The notes below the pieces were generated by a model. That model saw nothing but the letters and a program-made list of their open reading frames with translations. It was not told the DNA's origin and did no database searches. A DNA stretch of 64,000 nt from NCBI GenBank assembly GCA_028534125.1, contig CM052816.1, positions 74,650,001 to 74,714,000 on the forward strand, read 5' to 3'. Shown piece after piece: positions 1 through 12,715 of this stretch; position 1 is the stretch's first letter; each line of letters starts with the position of its first letter. Both the position numbers and the translations under genes were made by a program. The DNA is from Lama glama. Lineage: Eukaryota.

Positions 1-313
1 AAAACCTTTGAAATACACAGTGACAACTGGGATTTAGCCTTTGAAACTGAAGTATTAACAAGCAGATAATTTATTATTATGTTAGATGTAGTCAAAAGAC
101 TAATTTATTAGTGCCAGAAAGCAGGTATTTGGTGGTGTGATTTATATAGCTCCTCGTTTGGCAATTTTTCTTTTCAAGTTAGACATTACTGAAGAGGAAG
201 TAAAAGCAGCCTCTTCTAAGCAGAAATTTGCATTGAGTTTGAACAAATAGGAGTTAAAACTTGTATTAATAAGTAACCCCTAAGAGACTTATCTTGAAAC
301 CAACATAAAAAAC

Positions 314-396
314 TTCAAAGTGCATACTAATTCAAAAAAATTAAGTGCATACTAGCGCATACTAATTCAAAAGTGCATACTAATTCAAAAAAATTA
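314..396. repeat. Complex local duplication of agtgcatactaattcaaaa
   Basis: Four full or partial copies of the gcatacta core read directly. Confidence 0.9.
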
Positions 397-1409
397 CAAC
401 TCCTAAATTTTTTTTTATAAATCTTTAAATAGAGTAGGAGAGATTATAGCACTCAGAGCATCTACCCCTCACTATCTTCCTAAGATTACCGTTTAGGAGT
501 TCATACTGGTTTTGTATGTGCCAAGCAGAGAACTTTGTGAGAACGCTGTTTTAAAATAAAGATTTTATTCCACAATATGAAAAACAAAGTTTCTTGGGCA
601 GCTAATGTATTTACTGGGGAAGATTATACTTCCTGCCTTTTCCTGAATGTTGTCATTGTTGAACTCATGACAGTAATTATATATAGCACTAGTTATAATA
701 CGTATACACAAACACATCACATACATACATGTTCACATTTATATAAACATCTATGTTTGTATATACTTACATACACACACGCACACACACACAGGGACTG
801 AAATCAAAGAGTGTGGATCCATTTTGAATTTTTAACTTTTAAAGGCTGCCACTTTTGCCATAAAATAGGATAATTATTTATGACCAGCACACAATCACAC
901 ATGGGACAATGAAAGGCTCAACTTATAATTTAAACTGCTTTGCAGAGAAGCGACACTATGCCCTCATTTCCCTCCCGCTCCCAATAAATCTTTTCCTGAA
1001 AGTTAGCATGAGTTATGTGAGGGCAGATTCATGTCACGTGCCAACTTATTGCAGAGGTTGAGCACATACAAGCAACCTTTCAGTGCCAAAGAGTAGACAT
1101 GGCTTCAACAAGAGAAATTAATCCATCACGTTTTCCATTCACAGTGGAAAGAGCTCAGCAGCTGAGACAGCATGGAAGGCGACTTTGCCGGGAACCAGTA
1201 GGAAACCGAAATCAACTTCCAGTCAGGGTTTCAGAGAGAAATTCTCATCGCCCAATCAGTCTAACAATTTTTGACGGGATTAAATCTCTCAAATGGAAAA
1301 ATCTCCATGGATTCCTTTTTAAAGCAAAAGAATGTTCATCTTATACTCTGCATCACAATTAATACATCATGCTTAAGACACACATGGGCATTTTCTACGG
1401 TTGATGAAA

Positions 1410-1535
1410 TACATTTATTATCACACTGAATCCTAGAAATGCCCCTGTGGACTGAGGTCAGATATATTTTATAATCTCTATTTTCCCAACAAGGAAACTG
1501 GGGCACAGAGGCCCAGGGTCATGTGGTTAATAAGT
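1410..1535 (-). mobile_element. MIR SINE fragment
   Basis: ctattttcccaacaaggaaactggggcacagagg...cagggtcat, the MIR core in reverse. Confidence 0.7.
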
Positions 1536-1789
1536 AATTTGCTTGGGTTACCACTGCCATTTTTAAGGTGGCAAATACAGCAATAAGCTTAATTTAAAGA
1601 TTTTTGCAGCTGCATGGAATTTAGTAATCTACCACGGGTAGACAACATCAATAGACAGTAACATATTCAGTAAAATAACTGGAGGAACTAGGAAAAAATA
1701 TATTTAACATACAATAGTGTGCCATGTCATCAAAAACAATACACACTTGAATTTAGCAGAACTGCTGATAGAGGTCTGGTTACACAGGT

Positions 1790-1987
1790 TAATGGATTTC
1801 ACCTAACCCAGCTTTGATATATGGGGCATCAAATAACTGCATTGAGCCTCATTGTTCCTCATCTATAAAACAGGAATAATAACATCTAGTTCACAGGAGA
1901 GTTGTGAGGAATGAGTTAGAGATTTATGAGAATTACCTGGAATGCTTCTGGCAGATAAAGTGCCCATAAATGCTGTTTTTATTATTG
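1790..1987 (+). mobile_element. MIR SINE
   Basis: gagcctcattgttcctcatctataaaacaggaataataa...gttgtgagga...ataaatgctg. Confidence 0.8.
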
Positions 1988-2027
1988 TCATCATATATAC
2001 ATAACATATAGTATAGTGTTAGTGTAA

Positions 2028-2250
2028 GGTTTTATTGAATAAATTTGATGTGTAACATTGTTTTAAGTTTAAGGCGTACAGCATGTTACCTTGATACATT
2101 TATATACTTATTATATGATGGCTGATTAGTGATATTTATAACACGACATCATTATAGCACAATATTACTGTCTATCTTCCCTGTACTGTGCCTTAAATCT
2201 CTATGGCTTACTTCTCTTTACAAGTTTATAACCTTAAACACCATCACTGT
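2028..2250 (-). mobile_element. L1 3' end fragment
   Basis: tttattgaataaatttgatgtgtaacattgttttaagtttaaggcgtacagcatg, a reverse L1 3' terminus. Confidence 0.65.
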
Positions 2251-2926
2251 TAGTAATAGTTTTTTTTTTTTTTTTAAGCTAGAGCAAGGCACAAAGGATT
2301 ATTCACTTTGGGCAAGAGGTCCTATACAAATCAAGTACATATGTTCAACCTGTAAAAAGTAAAATCCTATTAATTCAAACATACCCACTTACATCTCATG
2401 ATAGGCAGCTGCCAATAAACCAGAGATCAGTCCTTCCACCCAGGTATTTGCTGTCAGGCAGACACAGCAAGAAGCCCCAGGGAAGCTGGAGGAGAGCAGG
2501 AACCTCCAGAGGCTTCCGCAGCAAAAGGCTCACAGGAAGAAGTGAGCCAAACCTCTGATAATTGCCTCTTTACTCCCTAGGGAAATCTGGTCACATCCCA
2601 AGTAATAATCCAGTCCCAAACAGGAAAGAATGAAAAAGGTGGGGAAGCTTCATTAAAAATCCCTGGAAGATTAATTAATCTCCTTCCTCCCCCTCCCGCT
2701 TGCCCCCAGCAGGTGTCCTCTCCACGGCAGCACGTGGAGTTCTGCTGTTAGCAAGACTATCTCCCCTTCCACGGGACCCTGGGATTTTTCTATCTTCAAA
2801 GATTAAGTTCCCTTTGATTTCGTGTAACCACTAGCTCGTAGATAAAGGTGCCATCTGTTTGCCATCAATTTCCTGGCTTTGGAAATAAGCAATTCAGGTG
2901 ATTTGAGAGTTTAGAGACGATCTAGT

Positions 2927-3190
2927 CCAGTTTCACAAGTGAAAATGCCTTCAAGGGCCAGGAAGGTAACACAAATAAATGAGGTGGGCCAGACAGAAAC
3001 TGGGGTTTACTTGGTTGAATTTTTACCACTCAGAATTTTAAGCCCGGTTGTTGCCTAACCTTTTCATTCTTCGAGAGAACCTGGAAATCTTTTTTTTTTT
3101 CAATGTTGACTACTAGTTTAACAAATAATTAAGCTCCATACCCATATGCATAGAAATCTCACCTACGGATTTCCAGTTGGGTCCTCCAAT
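2927..3190 (+). mobile_element. hAT-Charlie DNA transposon remnant, MER102-like
   Basis: aaatgccttcaagggccaggaaggtaacacaaataaatgaggtgggccag and gttgcc...ttcgagagaacctggaaatct resemble MER102. Confidence 0.6.
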
Positions 3191-3196
3191 CTAGTC

Positions 3197-3347
3197 CAGT
3201 AAGTTTCAACCTTGGCTTAAAAAAAAAGTCACCTGGGAACTTTAAAAATACACGTGCTGCCTCCCACACCAATGGCAATTCTGATTCAATTGGTCACGGT
3301 AAGCATTCAGGTGATTCCAATAGGCAGCCAGCGTTAAAAACCACCAA
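3197..3347. mobile_element. MER5A-like hAT-Charlie MITE
   Basis: cagt...tcaaccttggc...tcacctgggaactttaaaaatac...ttctgattcaattggtc...caggtgattccaat...cagccagcgttaaaaaccac. Confidence 0.75.
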
Positions 3348-3607
3348 CCTGGTCTAACCTATTAATTCTACTAGGGACCTGAACATTAAAGCAAACTGCA
3401 GCTAGCAGGAGAGAATGAACACGGGTTCTTATCCAACACGCTGTTAGCAAAACTCTAACAGAAATGCTATTTTTTTTTTTACCAGTAAACTGTAGTTTGG
3501 GATTCAATATATGTAGTCTGAAGTGTTCAAAGGCTTCCCCAGCAAGTGTTAGTTTCTGATGCTAGAGTCCTTTGTCCCTAAATCTAGTGACTATCATGCA
3601 GCATTCT

Positions 3608-3705
3608 CGCCGGATTGTAAACTCCACGAAGGCAAAGGATTTGTCTGTCCCTCTCCCACCAGTGAGGCAAATCAGTGCCTCAATGAACACTTGATCAATA
3701 AATGA
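3608..3705 (+). mobile_element. L2 3' end fragment
   Basis: gattgtaaactccacgaaggcaaaggatttgtctg...tcaataaatga. Confidence 0.6.
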
Positions 3706-5602
3706 CTTCACGATTTTCAAAGCTCTATTCCCATGTAAATTCGGAATAAAGTTCCATAAAAGTTCAAAAATCAGTTTTCCACGGAGAAATGGCAGTGACT
3801 GGAAACAACTCAGAGGAAACAAATTATGAGTTCTCGGCTATCTAAGGAGACGGTCATTAGATCACCATTGACAAAGAGCTGTAACTAGTAACTGAAGGAA
3901 GAAGCTGTTCACAAGAACTCATCTTGTTAGGTTTAAAGCGTCCTTTCCCCTGCAGCAGCACAGAAGGAACAGACCACTCTATTTATGTCACCTTCATCAC
4001 CACCAGTAACTCAGTGCATTTCTTTTCCCTGGAGCTTGAAGCCTTGCCAATCCCAGTAGCCGTAACTCAAATATCCTGTCTGGTTTCTCGACCGCCTGTG
4101 TCAGAACTGCTGCAATCACCTGTCTGTCTGCACTTTTATTCCTCTGCACATACTACAGGGGATGCTTATCCTCAAAAAAGTGAACATAGCGTTGTAAGCA
4201 TTATCTTATGTCTCAAAAGATTTGGTGATAAATACCAGGCTTCCTTTCATCCTATGAAGATGCTGGCAAAATCCTACTCATTGTGCAAGAGTAAGACAAG
4301 TTATTGCTCACATAGCTTAACATTAAAAAAAAAATACACCTCCGCCCTACCTGTCAATCGCTGCAATCCAACCGTCTCTTTCCTTCATAGCGAGCTGTCT
4401 TTCTGTCACTGAACTGGGTTCGTCTTGCTCTGATGAACAACAAGCCAAAATGCCGAGACACTGAGATCTTTAGCAAAAAGTGGGTTGATTAGCAAAGCAG
4501 CCAAGCGAGGAGACAGGAGAACAAGTTGCAAACCAGCCTCCCCGAACGGGGCCTGGGGTATTTATGGAGATGGCTATAGAAGCAGGGCGGTCCGAGGCGT
4601 GGGGGGCGTGGGGAAAGGTGATTGGGGAAAGGTGGGGGGGAGGGGCGGGAATCATCCTTCTACACAGCTGTAACTAGGCTACAGGCCTCCGCACCTTCTG
4701 AGGGTGGAGTTTTCCACCCTCTGATGTTAAAAGGTCAGCGAGCAGACATTTAAAAATGCTCAGCTGAAGGGTTGGTGGTCCAATCCAGTCTTAACCAGCT
4801 CAGCTCAAACTAGATGCTGCTGACTCCATGTTGCTGGAAAATAACTCAGGCAGACTCTTACTGTTTAGGCTAGGTGCTGCTCAGAGCACAGGCAAGTCTT
4901 AAAACAACCTTGATTACTGAAGGCAGGTGGAATGAATTTGACTGATTACTCACTGGTTTTATTTCTAAAATAACAAATCTGACTATGTCACTTATCTACA
5001 TAAGAAATTCTGATACACACGCCTGCTGGGCCCCAGGAAAAGTCCCAGACCCCTGACACTATGCATGTACCTACTTTTCCAGCCTCATTTCCCTTCACAT
5101 CCCCTGAAATCTCCTCTGGTCCAGCCACCTCAAACGATCATTTCCCTAACACACCATCTCCTTTTATATTTCTCCTTTAAGAAGATTTCCCCTTTTTTTG
5201 ATTTGAGCTTTTCAAGAATCAGCTCAAATGGCACATCTTCTTGGAAGCCTTCCGTGACTCTCCAGGGTAGTGAGTGAATCCCTGCTGCCTCCGTGTCTCT
5301 CTTGCCTCCGGTCGGGTCAGTGGTGAACGCAATTACGTGCCTCGAGGCTGTGGGCTCCCACAGCCCAGGTCTGCCCTTACTGCATCTGCGGTGCTCGGCT
5401 CAGGCAGGTCCCCGGTATGGAACACAGGGTCGCCGAGTTCAGCTCACTGCTGCTGCCCACCTGTGCGGGTGAGCAGACAGAGTGGGGTGTCCGGGCCATT
5501 CTGTCTCCTGGGCAACTGTGGCTTCTTCCCCTGTGAGCCTGCTGGTATTTGTGACTGTTTTGCTTGTGGACACTTTGGCTTCCACTGCTCTGAGCCTCTC
5601 TT

Positions 5603-6042
5603 GAGAAAGAAAAATGCTGGATCATCTCACTTATGTGTAGAATCTTAAAAAAGCCAAACTCATGGAAGCAAAGAAGAATGGTGGCTACCAGGGGCTGGGA
5701 GCTGGGTGAATTAGGGAAATATTGGTCAAAGGGCATAAACTTTCAGCTGTAAGATGAGTAAGTCCTGAAGATCTAACGTATAGCATGGGTAATTAACAAT
5801 ACTGTATTGTGCAGTTGAAATTTGCTAAGAGAATAGATCTTAAATGTTCCCACCAAACACACAAAAAAGTAAACTGGTGAGGTGATAAAATGTTAACTAA
5901 CCTTAATGTGGTAGCCTTTTCACAATATGTATACATGTATCAGATCATCACAATGCATACCTTAAACTTACATAATGTTACTTATCAATTATATCTCAAT
6001 AAAGGACCTTAAAATTTGTTAAAACAAACCACCAAACAAAAA
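5603..6042 (+). mobile_element. L1 3' end (L1MA9-like)
   Basis: atctcacttatgtgtagaatct...ggtggctaccaggggctggg...aactttcagctgtaagatgagtaag...caattatatctcaataaa followed by an A-rich tail. Confidence 0.88.
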
Positions 6043-7806
6043 TGCACTCCTTTCTCTTAAGCACACTGAGCTTAAGTCAGACCCTCCTTACTCAACATAA
6101 CGTATGACATAAAAGTAAACTTTGGTTGAACTGACGTATACTTTTCAAATTAGAAGACAGATGTCACAGGCATTCTCTTGATATTTACCTAAGTCTCTTT
6201 TGCTGTGATTTAAATCAGGAGAAAACAAGAATATCTTCAGAAAACTCACCACCAGAGATTGGAGGAAATAGAAAATCATAGTCACGTCAAGTTCATAAAT
6301 GAAAACGTTGTTTAAAACCACAATGATTACTGGACCACCAAGTCTTTTCCCCAGCAGAAGAACACACTCATACTGTTAGGTACATAAAGCCACGGCTGCT
6401 CTCAGAGCACGGTGTTTCCTACGACATCGTCACCGATGCTTCAGAGCTTGATGGCGGCACAATTCCATACATGATTCTGAAGCATGATTGATTCATTTTT
6501 CTCTTTACTGGGCTTTAAAAGATACCATAGTTCCCTCATAATGTGCATCAGCTATAAGGTTACCTTTTGAAACTTGTATCGCCAGTTCTAATTTCATGTC
6601 AATGTATCCGAAGACTATCAAATACAGAATAAATCTATTAATTACTATTTACTGAATGCCCACTATGGCCCACTGTCCAGCAACTTGCTAAGCACTGTGA
6701 AGGATATGCAAAAAATACATTCAATGAAAACGCTTTCTTTGGTGAAATCAGTAAATCATAACGAGGCTTTACACATTAGGTCCTTTATTTTGATTTTTCC
6801 CAGCAAAAACTCAAAGAGCACTCATCGTCTGCCTGGCCTTGTAGTAAGGCTACCGTGGAGGCTGCAGACTTCCATCCTGAGTGCAGCCACATACGGTAAG
6901 ACCCATGAGAAACTCAGGTGGAAGAAAGTGGGAGTCTTAACAAACATTTCAGTGAAGTGCTAGGGGACAGGAAAAAGGAGCTTGTAGCTGGAAAGGCAGC
7001 AGACGCAGGGGAAGGATCAGAGCGACACTGTGGAGTCTGACATTGTGGTGTCTGAGCTCAGCCTGAAAAGAAGAGTAGGAGGAGGAAAAGCAGAAAGGAA
7101 AGAGAGAGAAAGGCCCTCGTGGAGGAAACAACATGAACAAAGATGCGGGCAGAAACAAATGAAATTTTTTGAAGGCAAAGGAGTAGCTGAGCTTGAAGCT
7201 CAGCAGAAAGTTAGGGTAGGCTGGGGTGACATCACAGGGCTACGAAAACCAGGCTCAGGAATCTGAAAATCAATCATTAGGCTCATAAGATGATTCCTGA
7301 GAGAGTGAGTGGTCAGAACAACAATTATTTAAGATGATTTGGCAATGGTGAGATGGAGATAAAGAAGGACAAAGGAGGGACTTTGCAGCTGTTGCCTCTG
7401 CTCCAAGCCGGGTGTATGAGCTGAACACCGTGGTGAACCTTCTGATTAATGTTCACAGCAACTATCACATGGAAATCTATTCCCTGCTTGTGGCGTCTTG
7501 CTTCACAAAACCTTGGCTTCAAGCGCATCCTTATGAAGTCTCTTGTCACTGGCACTGAGAGTCTGTGTGCCTTCTACGTGCACGGAATTATTCTAAGCGT
7601 TGTAAGATAAAAGTGCCAAGAAATACATACAGAAATGGAATGCTCACCATTCCCAAAGGAGACCAAAGCGAACTCAAAGTTGGAGTGTAATGTCTGTGTC
7701 CTACATTAACACCTGAGATACATGATGCACTTGACAAATGACGAGGTAGATTGAATATATTTGCTATTGTCGAATCCAGAGAAGACAGGGCTATAACCTC
7801 CCTTGG

Positions 7807-8186
7807 TGTTAGGTTAATTTTGTACGTCAGCTTGACTGGGCCCACCGTGCCCAGGTACATGGTCAAACATGATTCTGGGTTTGTACTGGATAAGACTAAC
7901 ATTTAAATCGGTAGACTTGAAGCAGAATGCCTTCCAGAACGTGGACTCACTCAACTAGTTGCCGGCCTGAATAGAATAAAAGACTGACCTCCCAGAGGGA
8001 ATTCTGCAGCAGGTGACCTCCGAACGTGGAGGGACACATCAGCTCTGCTCTGGGTCTCCAGCCTGCCCTGCAAACTGGGGCTTGCTAGCTTCCATAATTG
8101 TGTGAGTGAATCCCTCAGAATAAATCTCTTTCTATTAAATGCACATCCTATTGGATTCATTTCTCTGGAGAACCCCGACTAATACA
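7807..8186 (+). mobile_element. MLT2 (ERVL) solo LTR, MLT2D-like
   Basis: TG..ggttaattttgtacgtcagcttgactggg start, aataaatctc poly(A) signal, ttctctggagaaccccgactaataCA end. Confidence 0.88.
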
Positions 8187-8699
8187 CTGGTAACGTATGC
8201 CAGTGTTTGCACAATCTAATTCGTGTCTACCTGAATCTTCTTATAATCTTCTCGAGAAAACGCCCTTGACATGAAAGGCCTTTGACACGATGCCCTGACA
8301 AAGCATCAGGTAAATTGTCCTGAATTGGACTATCTTCCTGGTAATAATCTTTCCTTCTTTGCTTTGGACTTCTAATATCAAAGAAAATGAGCAAGAGGGT
8401 AAGGCTTATGACTTCAGTTTGCGAAGAAGGAAATTAAGGTTTTGGGGTTTTGTTTTGTTTTGCTTTAAAGGCACAATTTTGGACTGCTTCCTCTATGTCT
8501 TTATCTTGACTTCACACTGTTAGTATCTTTTATCATCATGGGCTTAGTAATAATCACTGCAACATATTCCATTTTTTTTAACACTACATCCTTATATTCT
8601 TTTAAAAAAAATAAAAGCACTGAATCCCTAGGCCCCACCCTTAAAGTCCACAAATGTATTTGTTCTGGGGCACAGCATCCTGTTCTGATCACTGACTCC

Positions 8700-10815
8700 T
8701 ACTCTCCTATCACATTTAATCACCTACTCTGGCTACAACCTTCACACAGATCTCTACCCTCTCCCTCTCCTGTCTTACCTTTTTTTTCTTGACCAGCTGA
8801 GATCCCTGGTTTATCACTCCAAAGGCTCCCTTGCTGCTGCCATCTTTTCATCGCAGCTCTCCGACAGAACCTCAGCCTAGATGATCCCACCTTCTCTGTG
8901 CTTGGTAAACGGCTGAACACCTCCAGAAAGGACCAACTACTTTATAATCCATTTTCAATGGATCACTATGAATTTGTGATCATCAATCTCAACTAGGTCT
9001 TCATGTCATGACTAGAAATCCTACTAAGCTTTACTAATTTACTCCCTTTCACATTCAAGCTTTCTCTGTCCTCCTCAAAAAACATGAAATCACCTCCTTT
9101 CTTTGCCAGGATGCCATCCCTTTCTCTTGCCCATTCAACTACTTTCCAATGCAGAAAGAAGCCATGAAATAGAAATGCTTTTAACCTGCAGCTACCATGC
9201 CACCGCATCTGCACACTTCCCTTCTTCCTTCCTCCAGCACAGAAGGGCGGGTATCCTTTCTCCTCCCCAGTCCCTCCAGCTGTTCTCTGGATCGATCCAC
9301 TTACATCTTCTCAGGGGTCCTACATGATTCATCACCCATCCTCTCTGTCTTCAAGCCACCCCCTCATTCTCTCCATTGCTCTTTCCCATCAACCCTCAAA
9401 CAAGCTCAGGTCTCCCATGTCTAGAAACCTCTCCCTGAACTCTCCCTCCTCCTCTAGTTAAAGCTCTATCCTTCCATTTCCCTCGACAGCCACACATCTT
9501 GAGTTTTCTATATCCATGTCTCCCTTTCTTCACTTCCCATCCCTGTCCCGTGACAATTCATTCTGGCCTCTGCCTCCATCATGACACCAAAATAGTTCCC
9601 CTTGAAGTCCTTCAAGATGTCCATTTCACAAGCCCAAAGGATATTTACAGGACGTTTTTTACTTTACCCTTCATCAGCATCTTAAATGATTCCTTTCCCT
9701 TGGCCTCTGAGATGACACTGTAGCATCTTCTCTGTTACATTTTTCACTCTTATGTGTCAACCTTGGAATTCCTTATGGCACAGACCTATACTTTCTTCTT
9801 TCACTCCGTTTTCACTCTGAGTGAAAACTTTGTGGCTTCAATACTATGTGTAAACCACTGACTTCCAAATTTATATCTCCAGATACCTCTGCTCCCGACC
9901 AAGACAGCACTGAGTTTCCTTATGGTTGTCTTAAAGAGGCCTCCAACTGAAAGTGTCCCCAAATGAAACTACTCTCCCTGCCCTAGGCCTGATCTCCCTC
10001 CATGTTCCCCTCTCACCTGAGAAGCCAAATACTGGGGAGTCTGTCACGGTGTCCCTCACCCAGTCACATCCAAGTCAGTACTAAGTCCAGTCTATGTTCC
10101 TACATAAATAAGTGGTAAATCTATTAACCATAAATAACTGTAAGTCTCTTCACTTCTCTCCACCTGGTCCAAGCTACTAACATCTCTGGCTCCAACAGAT
10201 TAAATAATCCATTTCCCTGAATACCTCTTTCCACTCCTCCTCCATCCAGTCTTCATTCTAGAGCCAGGTGACCTCCTTAAAATGCAAACCTGATTATGTC
10301 ACTTCCATGCTGCAAAACCTTCAATGGTTTTCTATCACTTTATGATAAAGACTGTATGTAACACAGCCGGCAACACCACATGAGATACAGTCCCTGCTCA
10401 CTTCTCTGGCCTCTCCTTGGGTGATGCTCCTTGCCACGCTCTGCGCTCTGGCCACACTGCTTTCAGACCTCAGTGGTCCTGGGTATCTTCTTGGCTCTTG
10501 TTCCCTCTCCCTTCTTCCTCCCACTTCCACTCCTGTAGATTTCAAATACCTTCCTACGAAAGCTGTCCCTAACCACCAAGCCCCAACTTGGGTCAGGTCC
10601 CCTTATACTTTTATTTCACAGTACTTAGAACTGTTTTTGACTATACTTGGTCAATGTCTTTCTCTGTTCTAGACCACGAACTTCTATAAGGCAGAGGCTA
10701 TTTCTGAGTTGCTTATCATTGTACCCCAGCTCCTAGTCCACTGCTCTGCTGGGCAAAATGTAGACTGAGTTAACGACTGAGTTTGTGAGTGAGTGAGTGT
10801 GTGAACGAATGAATT
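8700..10815 (+). mobile_element. Degraded L2 LINE, ~2 kb including 3' end
   Basis: Pyrimidine-rich L2 body motifs (ctggcctctgcctccatca, tgacttccaaatttatatctccag, aaatgcaaacctgattatgtcact) and a 3' end with gagtgagt/gaatgaat tail. Confidence 0.75.
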
Positions 10816-11914
10816 ACAGTCATGATAGATCTTTATATTCAGGCCTCAAAATTCATCTTTATCCTCCCCTGAATCACAAACTCAAGAATCAAGGTCAAGC
10901 ATATAGTATTAAGTCCAGTTCAATATTAAAGTTTTTTTTATAGTTTTTCAGGTGCAAGATGCATGGAGAAAACAAAAACATTAAAAGGGAAGGACTAATA
11001 GGGTCCGATCTGTGTTCTCCAATTTAGGGAAAGAAAACTGGTATCTCTACTTTATATTCATTCTGAATACCCAACAAGAACTAGCTATACTTCATGAATG
11101 GATTCCTTAAATGACTTCAATCACTTTGTAAATATATAAGAAAAAAAATCACTTTCACATACTTTTTAAAAGACAAATCATCTAGGACCTTAAGTAAGGA
11201 CTTAAAATGCTCCAAATGCAGTACCTATGCATGTACTAAAACCAGCGTTAATCCATCTCCTTCCAGCTTTCAGAGTTCATCTTTAAATAAGCTTATAGTA
11301 CTATATCCCAAAGTCTTTTACAAATTCTTGGGCTTAAGCTCAAAAGATATTAATCAAAGTCCAAGTAATTTATTAAACTACAAGTGGCCATAAAACAGAG
11401 TTAATGCAATTTGTCAGGCAGAGCAAACCAAGACATGGCTTGACCTATGAGCTTTTAAGACCCCCTTTGAAGAGCTGAGTGAAATCACTAGGGAAGGGGT
11501 TAAAATTCAACTCCACTTTATATCCCTCTTGAAATAATGTAAAGTGCAAGCTCCTGACAATTTCAGATTATGAGCGATAACTTACCCAACAAAATACTTC
11601 CTGAGTTTTCCCATGAGGATTTTTTAAAAGTTCAAAATGCTATCTTCAACAACGTGGTTATTATAAATATCCTTCCTCTTTAAATCATGGAGTTTTAAAG
11701 CAGTTGTCCTTTGAATTACAAAATCCCAAATCCCAGAGAAGTCATTCTAACTATTATGTTAACTGGACATTAATATTTTACTACTTATATTTGGCAGCAT
11801 GTCTTTTTTTTTTTCTGGAAAATTTTTCCTTGCTGTATTGATATTTCAAAATTTAAGACAATGAAATTAAGACAATTTAGACTTTTAAAAATGATCAAGG
11901 CAATGTTAGGCTAA

Positions 11915-12498
11915 GCCTTAGTTCTCTATTACCTGCATAAAAAAATAACTCAAATTTAGCAGTTTAAAACAACAAATATTTATTATCTTACATTCTGGGG
12001 GAAGGACCCAGAAGAGACTTAGCTGGGTGATTCTGGCTCAGGTCTTTCATGAGGCTGCAGCCCAGCTGTTGGCGGGGAGGGGACTGCAGTCATTCTGAGG
12101 CAGGACTGGTGCTGAAGGCTCCACCTCCAAGGTCACTGTCATGGTGGTTGTTGTCAAGAGGCTTCAGTGTCTGGACTGGGGGCCTGAGTTCTTCATTCCA
12201 CACTAGCTGTGGGAATCCCTCACTTTCTTTCCATGTGGGCCTCTCCATAGGGCAGCTCAAAACATGGCTGTTGGTTTCCCCCAAAATGAATCCAAGAGAC
12301 AAAGCAACAAAGACAGAAGCCACGGTGCCTTCGAATGATCTAGTCTCCAAAGTCACCCATCTTCACTTCCACTTTATTCTGTTCAGTGGAAATGAGTCAC
12401 AAAGTCTAGCCCATACCCCAGGAGAGGGAAACCTGGACTCCACCTCTTGATGGGAAGAGTATCAAAGAGTTTGTGGACATATTTTTAAAACCACCACA
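11915..12498 (-). mobile_element. MLT1F-like MaLR solo LTR
   Basis: The reverse complement begins tgtggtggttttaaaaatatgtccacaaactctttgatactcttcccatcaagaggtggagtcc. Confidence 0.85.
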
Positions 12499-12509
12499 TG
12501 GGCAGTGGC

Positions 12510-12715
12510 CAGAAGCATGGGCGTTAGACACATTTGGAAGTAGGAAGATCTGTGTTTGAATCTTGACTGTGCTACTCACCAGCTATGGGTCCCTCCCTGT
12601 GTCATAGTTTCACCAAATGTAGAAACAGGCTCAAAGGGGTTTTGTGTGGGATTAAATAACGTAACATGAAAAAAGGCTTTGAAACATCCCCTGGTCATAG
12701 TGAGCATGGCCTTAA
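12510..12715 (+). mobile_element. MIR SINE
   Basis: tgtgtttgaatcttgactgtgctactcaccagctatgg...gggattaaataa. Confidence 0.65.

Noticed and set aside
314..396. CRISPR-like repeat array
   Set aside because: No unique regular spacers, no cas genes, mammalian context
3924..4412. 162-aa ORF
   Set aside because: TTG start, no recognisable domain or exon structure
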